Source: Fonticula alba ATCC 38817 (taxonomy: Eukaryota; Protista; Nucleariida). From it: DNA of 64,000 nucleotides. The notes beneath the pieces are model-generated. The model saw nothing but the letters and a program-made list of their open reading frames with translations, had not been told where the DNA came from and ran no database searches. Location: assembly GCA_000388065.2 (NCBI GenBank), contig KB932202.1. One strand, written 5' to 3'. Both the position numbers and the translations under genes were made by a program. Below, piece by piece: positions 35,989 to 47,480 of the stretch (its first letter is position 1; each line of letters starts with the position of its first letter).

Positions 35989-37637
35989 TCAAACCCCGCC
36001 GTCGCCGCCGCCGCCGCCGCCAGTAAGCACCACATCCACGATGTCCTCGTCCTCGATGTCCAGCGAGGCGGGGGTCTCCTCCGGGGAGAGTACCTCCCCA
36101 TCAAAGCGCAGGGATATCCCCTGGGCGTGGGGGAAATCCACCTCAAGGAGTTGAGAGATCAGATCGGCGACCGTGGCATTCTGGGAGGATAGGCGTGTGT
36201 GTGTGTGTGCGCGACGTGGGGCGCATGGGCAAATGACGATGTCAGTGTCCTGCCTGTGCTGGCGCATGCGAATAAAGGATCACAGAGGGGCGGGGCCGAG
36301 GGAACATGGGGGGGGGAGGAAGTCACACGTACTCGTGACACGCGCTTGGTGATGGAGGCCCGAGTGGCGGAGTTGAAGCGCAAGAGGACGGTCTCCTCCT
36401 CGGCAAAGGCCGTCAAGCTCAAGAGATCATCCAACAGGGGCGACGGCCCGGTGGCCGAGTGATCAGCAGCCTGCCCGGCAGACGATGGAGAGGATGCCGA
36501 GCCCGGGGCCATCCCCCCGGGCTTCGGGGACAGGTCGCCGCCCATGGGCTCCAGGGCCAGGGGCGACTGGCTATCCGCGGCATCGGCCTCCTCGTCGGAT
36601 GTCAACAGGTTGACAATCGACTCGGCCCAGGCCAGGGAAAACATGCCGGTCTCCGGGACGGCCGGCGGCTCGGGCAACGGGCCCCGAGGACCGGGCGAAG
36701 CCCCGTGCTTCGTGTCGGGGGATGTCTGCCCATCGGGAGCTTCGAAGGCGCTCTTGCCCTCGGCCGATGAGGGGTTGGTCAGCTGGACGATGGCCGGCAG
36801 ATCGGACTGCTGGCCGCGCAATGCCTCGGCCGTGGGCCAGTAGGGGTATGGAGCGACCAGCAGCTCCACGGGCGAAGGCAGCCCCGGCTGGCTGGGGTCC
36901 GGGATCATGCCGATCATAAAGGGATACATGCTGGGGTTGAGCCGGCGCCCGCGCCAGAAAAAGTAAAGACCGCCGATGGCCGACCGGTCGAGCTTCGGGC
37001 CCGGCCCATCCGGGCTGCCCGGGTCCGTGACGCGCTGTGGCAGGAGCGACAGATCCAGATCGGCCGACAGGCCCAGGGGTGTTTGCCCGCACGCGCGCCC
37101 GTACGCCGCGAAGGGCAGCGACAGAGGCTCGACAGTCGACCCGTCGACCGTGCGCACCGGCAGCGTCGGCGCCGGGGGGACCTTCCCGCGGAACGGCTCC
37201 AGCAGCGGGGCCAGCGGGGCCGGGGCGATGTTGATGATCAGGCGCCGACCGCGCAGGCGCATGGTCTCGGTGCCGGTGGACGAGAAGACCGACGAGGAGG
37301 CGCCGCTGTCGCCGCCACTCGAACCGAGGTATCGCTCGGACGTGGCACGCAGCTTGGCCACGGACTCCTGCAGGGTGGGCTGCCGGCCGGCGTACCGGTG
37401 GCTGCTGTAATTCGAGGGGTGATACTCGTCGCTCGGGCTGGGAGACCGCCGACGACGGGAGCGGGTCGATGAAATCGCCGGAGGTGCTGCCTCGGCCCCG
37501 GCCGGCATGGGGGCTGCCGCGGCCGCGCTCGCATGCCGGGACCCGGGGCGGCGGAGCCGGGCTGTGGCCACCTGACGCCGGTCCCCCTCCTCATCGGAGG
37601 AGGAATCGACGAGATCGATGACATCGGGCCCGGCCAT
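35989..37637 (-). CDS. RENi-family (Rad60/Esc2/NIP45) protein with SIMs and two SUMO-like domains
   Basis: N-terminal SIM VIDLVDSSSDEE and a second SIM-like IVNLLTSDEE. SLD1-like LYFFWRGRRLNPSMYPFMIGM. After an intron (~36332-36182) comes SLD2: ISLRFDGEVLSPEETPASLDIEDEDIVDVV. Confidence 0.8.
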
Positions 37638-38464
37638 GTTGGCGAGACGGAGGCACTCCGGCTCGGGGAGGGCGCGCGCGCGCGCGGGAGGGCGAGGGAC
37701 CGTGGCGAGAGCCTTCGAGACGCCGGTGGGGGGGGGGGCAGAGGGGGGCGGGGGAATGGCAGGCGAAAGAAAAGGAAGGAGGAGAGCACGAGCAAGGGAG
37801 GGGGGGGGGAGGTGGGGGCAGGAATCAAACTGCCCGGGCCCTTGGGCGCGCCGGGTGCGGGCTGGTGACCGAAAAAAAGGGCGCCCGCCGGTTGGCGCGC
37901 ATGCGCTGGCACCTCTCCTTCCGGTGGGAGTGCCTGGTGGTGGAAATAAAAACAGCTCCCTGAAAGGGCAGGGGCACCTGGGCGCGATATTTTTATATTA
38001 CCGACAATATTGAGCGCGCATGCGCCTTCGCACACGCTTTCATGTCTCGGGTCAAGGACCTCACTGAAGGACTTGTTTCCCCCCCCCCCCCCTTGGGGCC
38101 CTCCAGGGGCTTTCGGCGCAACAGACTGACCCCGGCCCGGGAGGAGCGCCGCAAGCAGGGGCAGATTCTGCCGAGGAATGCGTCCGCCTTGCCCCCCCCC
38201 CCCCCCCCCCCCCCCCCCGGCCCCCAGGCCCGTGGCCAGGGCGGGACCGCGTCAGCCGGCCCCCCCTCCGGGCGAGGGCTGCGATCGATCTTGAGGGGGG
38301 GATCAACCCGACCCTTCGTGGGGGCTTTTTCGGCCGGCGCAGGACCGGCGCCCCTGCGGCCCGGGGCGGCGACATCCCGCTCCTCCCCTTCCGCGATTGA
38401 TACACTTCGCTCCCCCTTTCCCTTTCCCCGTCTTTCTCCGCCCTCCTCCCTTCGACGCATCATC

Positions 38465-41400
38465 ATGTCCTGGGGCTCTGAACTCTGGGTGCGTGGTTCC
38501 CCCCTCCTCCGGGAAATGGCCGGATGCCCGCCTGCATGTGCCATCTCTGTGGTTCCCCGCCGCACTCAGCACAGCGCTGCTGCTGTGGACCTGTTCTTCC
38601 TTCTCTTCCTCTCTCTCTCTCTCTCCCGTCTTTCTGGCCCTGACGCCTGTTCTCCCTGCCACACGCAAAACAGGACAAGTTCCGCGAGCTGGACCAGGTG
38701 ACCAAGGAGAACTCCGACTCGGTCAGCAGCTTCGTGGACTTCCTCCGGAAGAAGGCTGCCCTGGACCTGGAATACTCGCGCGGTCTGCAGAAGCTGACCA
38801 AGGCCACCCTATCGATGGGCGTCTTCTGCGGGGAGGCTGTAACCATGACGCCCGGGTCCTCCGGCGGCTCGAGCTCCTTCGGGTCTTTCGGCCTTGGGCA
38901 GTCATCGAGCTCCGGATCGACCAACCCCAAGTCGCGCATCACTTCGCGCATTGACGAATTCCGCAGCACGACGTGCGTATTTGGGTGCATCTGCATGTGC
39001 ACACCCACCCACATGCACGATGCATGCCGTCGGCTCCACTCACAAGCTCCCTGACTGACATGCGCCCTGTCTCCAATGGTCCCGCGCTCGGTTAGCTCCC
39101 TGTCGACCGCGCTGCGGTCCATGCTGCAGGAGACCTACGAGGCGGCCACCTGCATCGAAAGCCACTCGATCACGCTCAATGACGAGGCTGCCGACCTGAG
39201 CGCCAAGCTCCTGAAGGATATTGAGGCCCAGCGCAAGTCGGTGCGTTTGTCCCTCCCCCCCTCCCCCCTCGGTGTTGCTGGTCACATCTCGCCCTATTTT
39301 TCTCCTGCGCTCAGACTGACTCCTCACCCCATGTGTCTTGCCTCCGGCCTGTTGCAGATCAACAATGAGTATGACTCCAAGAAGACTGAGCTTCAGAAGA
39401 ACATCAAGCAGCTGGAAACCTACCAGAAGAACTACCACTCGGTGGCCAAGGAGGCTGACCGCGCACTCGCTGCCTTCGAAAAGGTGGAAAAGGACCTGAA
39501 GTCTTCGAAGTCCGAGCTGGAGAAGGTTCGCCGCCGGTGCCATCTCACCGTCCACACTTGCGTTCCCCTGCTGTGGCCGCTCACCCCCCTTCTCTTTGCT
39601 TCCCTTCTCGTCTTCTCTGCGCTCTTTTGCCGGCCATCCCTCCCCTCTCCCTGGCCCTTTGTCTTCCTCGGCTCCTGCCTCGGTGCAGGCTACCGCGGCC
39701 TACCGTGCTCAAACGGAGAAGCTTCGAAATGCCGAGGAGTCGTACGCCTTCATCCTGGAGAAGACCAACCAGCACCAGACCCGACACTACCGCGAGGAGA
39801 TCCCCAACATCATCAACAGCATCCAGCAGCTGGAGATCGACCGGATCCTGCGCCTGCGCGAGGCCATCCTCCTCTACTCGGATTCGTATCTGCTCCAGGC
39901 ACCGAAGATCGTCACTGCCTTCGAGAATATTGCCCTGCTGGCCGGGTCCATCGACGCGGCATCCGATTGCCAGGTACGCCACCGGGGCCCACCTCCGGCC
40001 CCCCCGTGTGAACCGGCCTTAGTGTCTTCGGTCCTCTCCGCCTCCTGACTGTGGTGAGCTTTCGCCCTTTGTCTGCCCCCCTCTCCGCCTCTGCCCTCCT
40101 CCGGTGCAGATCTATATCGACGCCTTCGCCTCGGGCGGCGCATACCCGCCGGACATGGTGTTCGTGCCGCACCGCGTGGGCGCCCCCACGCCGGACTCCT
40201 TTGTGGCCTTCTCCTCGATCGGTGCCGATCGCCTGGGCCCCGACGCGGCTCCCGGCTCCGGCGGGCCCTCCGGCACGGCGGCATGCTCTTCGACGGCCGA
40301 CTTGACCCCGGCCACCAAGCGCTGGATCGACTTCGCCGACCATCCCCTTTGGATGGACCCGGCCTCCGGGATCGTCACGCCGGAGGAGCAGGCCGACATC
40401 TTGCGTGATGAGGTGGCCCGCACGCACTTGGAACTGATCTCGCTGGAGAAGGCCCGCTGGGCCCTGCTTGACCTGCTGGTCGAGTCGTCAAAGCGGGTGC
40501 GTGCTGCTATTCCCACCGTCCCTGGAGGGCGTTCGCCGGGGGTTCGCCACTGGCCCAGGTCCCGCGGAGGGCGTCCACCGGGCTCCTGTTCTTTGGGTCT
40601 ACTTTCTCCCTCCTTCGCCCTTTCCCTCTGCCCCCCCCCCCCCCCCCCGGCCGTGCCATGTTTTGACACTCAGCCTCCACTCCCCCCCTCTTCCACATAC
40701 GCGCATACGCCCCTACACCCAGGGCGACCCCTCTCCCTCGGTGCCGGTGCCCAATTCACATGGCACCCAGTTGCTCTCCTCGCGTCTGGAGGACATTGAG
40801 GAGCAAATTGACTCCTTCACCACGGAGCTCTACCGGTGCCAGTGCTTCTTGGCGGCGCTGGCTGGGACCCGGCCGCCGGATGGTCCCATGAGCCCGGAGG
40901 AGCGCCGGCAGCTGACGCTGGCCTCATCGCAGCACCACCTTCCGGCGGCCTCGGTCCATGGGCCAGGCACCAGCGACGCGTACCTTCACTCGGCTGCCGC
41001 CCACAAGACGGCGGTCATGGGGTCCGGATTGCGGGGGCTCCAGGGCACCGGCAACCGGGGCTACATGACGATCGCCACGCACTCGACGTCGGGGCAGGCC
41101 GGGGCCATGCACCGGGGGGCCACCACCGGCGGCGGCTACACCGCGGGCGGCCTTGCCGGAGGCGGGGGCCCTGCGCGCGTGGTGGTCTCGGTGGGCTTGA
41201 ACTCGGGCCACGGATCTGACGGCGGGACCTCCTTCTCGCCGCCGCCCTCGCCCGGGAACACCGGGGCCTCCTCGCACCACAAGCACTCGAATTCCGGCGG
41301 GCCGCTGCGCGACGTGCTGACCGACCTGCACACCCTCACCCCGGCGGTCCGGGCATATGGTGCGTATCCCAGCCCCCCCCCCCCCCCCCACGTGGCCATG

Positions 41401-41696
41401 TTGTTCCCCTTCCCTTGGCTGGGGCTGTTGCTGACTGCCATTCCCACCTGGCTTCCCCCTCCTTTGCGGGATGCCCCACAGCTGTCATGAGTTGTGACTT
41501 TGTGTTGCCCAACTCGGGCCACAGCTTGTCCGCGGGCTCCGTCTTGGAAATTGTCAGCCTGTTGGATGAGAGCGGGGCCGAGCTGCCGGTCGAGCTGCCG
41601 AACTTTGATGTGGCTGCCACCTTCCTGGTGCGCACTGGCTTCCCGGAGAGTTCGGTCGTGCATCAGATCCCGGCGTCGGTGGTCCACTGTGTGTGA
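38465..41696 (+). CDS. CIP4/FBP17/TOCA-type F-BAR protein with HR1-like and degenerate SH3-like domains
   Basis: MSWGSELW|DKF start; FLRKKAALDLEYSRGLQKL; HYREEIPNIINSIQQLEIDRILRL; SIDAASDC; HR1-like helices (LISLEKARWAL..RLEDIEEQIDSFTTELYR); SH3-shaped final exon. About 8 exons. Confidence 0.88.
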
Positions 41697-42029
41697 GGGG
41701 ATCGCCCCTTCGCGTGCGCCGTCCTGTGCCTCGCCCTCTCTCTCTCTCTCTCTCGTCCCCTCTCCCCTTTGTATTTCCCTGCCCCCTTGCTCCTTTCTCC
41801 CCTCCCTGCTTTTCTCTCTCTCTCTCTCTCTCTCTCCTCGCTTTCTGGCTCATGTGCTTGAAAAACCGGTGTCTTTCCAGCCTTCTGTTCGGTCGCTTTT
41901 CGCACCAGGCGCGGCGTCGGCCTACCGCGTGTATTCCCCCGCTCTCGGGTCGCCTGCCCCTGCCCGGTTGCATGCGCGCCCCCGCGCGCAGGGGGGGGGG
42001 GGGGGGGGGGGAGGGGGACGGACCGGCAT

Positions 42030-43511
42030 CTAGCTACAGCAGATGGTCAAAAGCGAGGCCGGGTAGGTCCCATCGGGCCCGGGCGCGGGAATGTGCATGG
42101 TATAGGGAGCTGGGCGCATTGGCAGGGCCGGAGGGATCCACATCAGTGTGGCTGTGTAAGAGTGGGGCAAAGAGAAGGAGGAAGGAGGCCCTGATGGGCC
42201 CCCTTGCCACATCGGCGGTGGCGTGGGTTCTCGTGGCGGATGAATCGGGCGCACCACTGGATCCGGGTCGCCAGAAGTCCAGGCAGTTTCGGAATATCCC
42301 CCTATCGAAGGGCAGCACGCCATCTGGCACGGCCTTCATGTATGGCACGCGCTCTGGGGGGGGGGGGAGGGGGACATGCGACGGGAGGAGAAGCACCACC
42401 ACGCCATGGGGCCGATCGTCAGTAGGAGGGTGGAAAAGGAAAGAAGGAGAGCAGGCAGAGGGGGCCCAGGAACAGGTGGCAAGCACGCACGCGACGCATG
42501 CTCCCAGGTTGTCTGCGCCGTGGCGGCCAGGAAGAGATGGAAGAAAAATAGCCCAGACACCAGGACCCCGAAGACCAAGACCAGTCCGAATAGGGCCAGG
42601 GTCAGGTAGTTGGAAAGGACCCAGGCCATGGCGTAACTGGGCCCGGCCAGGTCCTCCACACGGAAGAGGCGTCGCAAGACCAGCCGGCCGAACGACCCGG
42701 GCGGCTGGAGCATCGCCGCCAAGAAGGGCAACAACTGCAGGAGCATGGTCCCTAGCAGAGCGCAGAAGATCAAGAAACTCGGGTGATTGGCCTGGCCCAC
42801 GCAGTTGCCGATGAAGGAGCAGTGGTGATCGAAGCGCCGGACGCAGCGCCGGCAAGACCGGCAGTGCCGGGCGCGCAGGGGCATCGGCGACTGGCAGGGC
42901 TCACAAAAAGAGACATCCAGGGCCGGAGCCAAGCCCGAGACCACATGGGCCGGGAGCAGGGGCGATGCCCCGGCTGGGGAGGCCCGGTGCCGGGCCATCC
43001 GATTGGCCCGGAGCCAGACCTTCAGTCGGACCGGCAGCAGGCGCCGGACCCGGCGGGCGAGCCATTGGCCAGCCGCAACCAGCGGCCGCGCGAATACCCA
43101 GCCCGATCGAGCCACGGATGGGGGCCCGTCCGGGGCCCTGGAGGGGGGGGCTTTGGCCAGGAGCACCTCCGGACCGGGGGCCGTGAATCCCGGATCGGAG
43201 TGAAGCAGCACGAAGTAGTGCCCCGCGCAGAGGCCCATGTGCAAATGCAGGTACATCGTGTAGGTGGAGCCTCGGTCGAAGAAGGAGGACCCGCAGTAAA
43301 AGGCATACAGGAGCCCGAGGAGGTGGGCCGCCACGTAGAAAGTGGCCGCGGCGGCCGGATTATGCACCAGCTTCTCGCCAGTGATCTCCAGCTCCTCCGT
43401 GGCCAGGGGATCCTCCCTGGCTGGCGGTGAGCCCGGCCGGCGGGCATAAAACTGCCTCAGGGTATCCTGGTATTGGGAGTGGATTTGCCGCTCGGCATCG
43501 GGAGAGATCAT
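42030..43511 (-). CDS. DHHC palmitoyl acyltransferase (ZDHHC12/PAT10-like); exact 3' end uncertain
   Basis: [41 protein letters not shown] cysteine-rich domain, TTWE (TTxE) motif, and next exon [16 protein letters not shown]. Flanking TM segments present. Confidence 0.93.
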
Positions 43512-45328
43512 GTCCGGGTGCGGCCCCGAAGAAAGCCTGCGGGGGGTGTGGTGGGGGCCCTTTTTCCGTCTTCCGTTGCTGTTGTTGCTTTGCTGTTGTT
43601 GCTGTTGTTGCTGTTCAGAAGAGGGATAGGAGGGATGCGCTGCACGTCCGGTTGCGATGGCTCATGTTGGCGCCCGTCCTGAGGGCCGAGAAGCGAGCAG
43701 GGTAGACGGAGGGACAGAGAGATAAGGGGGAGTGGGGGCGACGGATGGCAGATGCGCGGGCGGTGGTGACGGGACGGGAGGGTGCGGGCTTGAATGGGTG
43801 AGCTCCCTTGCGTCCGGGCGAGGTGCCTTTCGGAGCGGCGCCCCCTCGGGGTTGGTCGCCCCTCCCCCCAAGGCCCAGGGAAGCCCCACGACTTCACGAT
43901 GCCCATGGGAGGCGACTACTCTCTGGGGGGGGGGGGGGGGGGGGGGGATCGACGGGCCTCCTTGTGGCTCGGGGGGATTCCCCTGCGGGATCTTCACGCA
44001 GATCTCGCTCACGGCGGGAGACCGGCCGGGAGGCCGGGGGACGGCGGCCGGCAGGGCCCCGTCCTTGGGCTGGCAGCTGGCCGGGCTGGGCGATCGATTC
44101 CGTTGGAATGTGTGCATTTCCGGGGCGCCGCGAAAAGAATGCAGAAATTACGTGTGGGCGGGCGCAAATACGGATGTCAAATGGCGTTACATGCTCCTAA
44201 AGGAGCATCGCGTCTTGAGGGTTGTTCACGAGGGTTTCTCTCAGGGGCGGCTGGGGAGCCTTGTCCTGCCCCGCGCCCAGTGTGTCCGTGCCCTCCCCAC
44301 TCCTTTTGTCCACCTCCCGGGACATCGACCGGGTGGCAGAGGCCCGAGGCAAGTCAACCACCGTGTGAGCGGCCCCTCCGTCTTTGGTCCCCGTCGTGCG
44401 TGGCAGCTGGGGATGGTGGGGGCGGGGGGGGGGAGGGGGGGGGGGGGGGGGGATGTGTCATCAGCCAGTCCAGCCCTCGGACCGGTGGCATGGGTGGGGA
44501 GCTCTCCGTGCCGGCGCACGCGCTGCCCACCCCGTGCCTGTTAGAGGCGCGCCCCGTTGCCCCCTTGTCGGCCGTTGCGTCGCGTGGGTGTGGTGGGGCC
44601 TTCCGCCGGCCGCCGGCTCGCGGCCCTCTTCCCGGTCCCCCCCCCCGGTGGCGTTTTCCCCAAATGCGCAAGTGGGAATGAATCTCGCTGTGGGGAGGCA
44701 CACGTGTGGGGTGTGTGGGTGTGCCCGCGGCGGGCGTCCCGCGTTTCGAGCGCCGCCAGCTGCCTGGGGATGCCCGGCGCAAGGGTGCCCTCTGTATTGG
44801 TCACCGGCCGGGGGGGGGGGGGGGGGGAGCGGGAAAAATGGTTGGCTTTTCATGTGCGTCTGGGCCTGGTGTGGATCTCCAACCATGCGGACTTTGCCAC
44901 CCTGGGCTGGGACGAGCACGAGAGGGGCGCAGGGACACACGGGCCGAGGGGATGTGCGAATTTTTCGGCGGCCAGTCGCCTTGTCAGCCTCCCCCGCTGG
45001 CCCTGCATCCCCCCCCTCGAGAGATTTGTTGCCACCCCCACAAACACTCTCCCCCCCCTTCTTTGTACCTCTCCCCCCTGTCCTTTCTTTGTTGACCCGC
45101 TCGCCCTTGCCCCCCCCCCCCCCCCCGTGCCTTCTTCTGTCTCCCTTGCCACATGACTCCTTTGCTGCCGCTGCTGCTCTTTTTGCGCCTCCCCCTGCTA
45201 TGCATCTTTCCCTTCCCGCCCCATCTGTCACTTGCGGTGGTCCTGCCCCTCCCTTTCTGCATGACTGATGGCCATCCTCCTTTATCTTTTCCCCCGTTCC
45301 GCCCTCCCCCGTCCTTGTTTCGAAGACC

Positions 45329-47480
45329 ATGAGCTCCGAGGACCTTGCTTCTATCCAGGCTGTGGCCGACGCCCCCGTTGTCCAGGACATCGCCTCCGAT
45401 TCGGAGGAGGCCATTGTCGAGACTGTTTCCGAGACCACCGAGGTCGCCGAGGAGGTTGCCGAGGAGGCCGCCGAGGAGGTTGCCGAGGAGNNNNNNNNNN
45501 CGCCGAGGAGGTTGCCGAGGAGGCCGCCGAGGAGGTTGCCGAGGAGACCGCCGAGGAGGTTGCCGAGGAGACCGCCGAGGAGGTTGCCGAGGAGACCACC
45601 GAGGAGACCACCGAGGAGACCACCGAGGAGACCACCGAGGAGGCCACCGAGGAGATCACCGAGGAGACCACCGAGGAGGCCGCTGAGGAGGTCGCTGAGG
45701 AGGCCGCTGAGGAGGTCGCTGAGACTACCGAGGAGACTACCGAGGAGACTACCGAGGAGACTGCCGAGGAGACTACTCAGGAGACCACTGAGGAAGCCGC
45801 CGAGGTCGCCGAGGAGGTCGCCGAGGAGGTCGCCGAGGAGGCCACCGAGGAGGTCGCCGAGACCGCTGAGACCACCGAAGAGGTCGTCGAGGAGACCATT
45901 ATGGTCATCGAGGAGACCGTTGTGGTCGTTGAGGAGACCGTTGTTGTCGTCGAGGAGACCTCCGAGGAGGTGGCCGACGTCGCCGAGGAGGTCGTCGAGG
46001 TTGTTGCCGACGCCGTTGACACCACCGAGGAGGTTGTCGAGCTCGATGCCCCTACCATTAGTGCGACCATTGTGGACACCGTCGTCGAGACGGAGGCCGT
46101 CGTCGAGATCGCCACTGTCGAGGACGAGGAGGAGGAGATCATCATCTCCTCGACCGGCGCGCCGGAGGACGACGCCGACATGAATGTCGATGACGCCATG
46201 GCCAAGGCCATGGTGGATGCCATCATCCGCGCCGCCGTCATGGCCAAGGCCGAGGGCGCCCCGGCCGGCTCTTCCGTGGTCCTGTGCGCCAACCCCTCCT
46301 TCTGTCACGCATGCGCATGCATCATCATCCGCGCCTTCCCCTTGCTTGCTTCTTTCTCCCGGCCTCCCCCTCTCCCCCTATCTCTTTCTCTTTCCCTGGC
46401 GCGCGCGCCCCCCCCCCCACTAATGGTCTCCTTTTCCTTCCCTCCCTCTCCCCCCCCCAGTGATGAGGATGACGCTGGCAACACCATCGTTGTGACCATG
46501 CCCGCTGGTGCCGGTGCCGGTGCCGGTGCCGGTGCCGCTGCCCCGACTGCGCAGTTCACCGTCGTCGAGGCGGAGGATGCCGAGGACGAGTCCGAGGAGG
46601 AGGTCCAGGAGATTGTCCGCCCGGCCTATGGCCGCGCGCCGATCAAGTCCCTCCTGCGCGCGCATGATGACTCCGAGACCGAGGAGTCCGACGACGATGA
46701 TGATGATGACGATGAGGACTTCGGCTCTGATGATGATGATGATCTGGATGAGAGCGACGAGCATCTTGCCCTGGAGTTCGCCGAGATCGATCTTGATCGT
46801 GACATCGCCCGCGAGACCTTTGTCGATCGTGTGGTCGCCCTGCGGGACATCGTGCCGCTGAACGTTCGCCGCCAGATCGGCGACGTCATCAGCCCGGTCA
46901 CCGGGGCCGTGTCGTCGATCACCTCTTGGGCTGGCTCGGCCGCCTGGTTCGCCGGCACCTTCGCCGCCGTGGTCTTCATCCCCTTCGTTCTGTCGATGGA
47001 CCGCGAGAACCAGCTGAACATGGCCCGCGAGCAGGAGGAGCGCATGCAGATGGAGCAGCGTGTACGTCCTCATGCGGGCGCTCTCCCCTCCCTGCCTTTT
47101 TGCAAAACCCGTCCATCATGCTGCCCTCGCATCTCTCGTCGCCCCCTTGGCCCTGCCTCCTTCGCTCGACTGACGTCTGTTTTGCCCTACTGTCTTTCTC
47201 CTTTTCTCTTTTTCTCCTTTTTCTCCTTTTTCTCTTTTTCTCCTTTTTCTCTTTTTCCCTTTTTCCCTTTTTTCTCTTTTTCTCTTTTTCTCTCTTCCTC
47301 CTTTTCTCTTTTTCTCCCTTCCGCCTTTTCTCTTTTTCTCCCTTCCGCCTTTTTCTCTCCTTCTCTCTCCCCCCCTCTCCCCCTCTCTCCCTCCACACAT
47401 AGTCCCTCATCAACACCAGCGTCAACCCCTCGGTGGCCACCAACGTCTTCGGCTCCCCGACCCTGCCCGTCTCCAAGTAG
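45329..47480 (+). CDS. TOM22: Mitochondrial import receptor Tom22 with a very long acidic repeat N-terminal extension
   Basis: Core ETFVDRVVALRDIVPLNVR..SAAWFAGTFAAVVFIPFVLSMDRENQ matches the Tom22 pattern (yeast ETLLDRIVALKDIVP..LAWTLTTTALLLGVP..EQQ, as recalled). Exons ~45329-46283, 46461-47061 and 47403-47480. A 10-N gap lies inside exon 1. Confidence 0.88.
45440..45860 (+). repeat. Coding 12-nt tandem repeat encoding EE[TAV][TA] units
   Basis: Repeated gaggag(acc/gcc/gtt/gtc)(acc/gcc) units, translating to AEEVAEEAAEETTEE... Confidence 0.93.

Noticed and set aside
45440-45860. Regular repeats considered as a CRISPR-like array
   Set aside because: There are no unique spacers; this is an in-frame coding tandem repeat in a eukaryotic gene.
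44461-46308. 615-aa minus-strand ORF with LLGG/LLGD repeats resembling a leucine-rich repeat protein
   Set aside because: Reverse complement of the TOM22 EE[TAV][TA] coding repeat.
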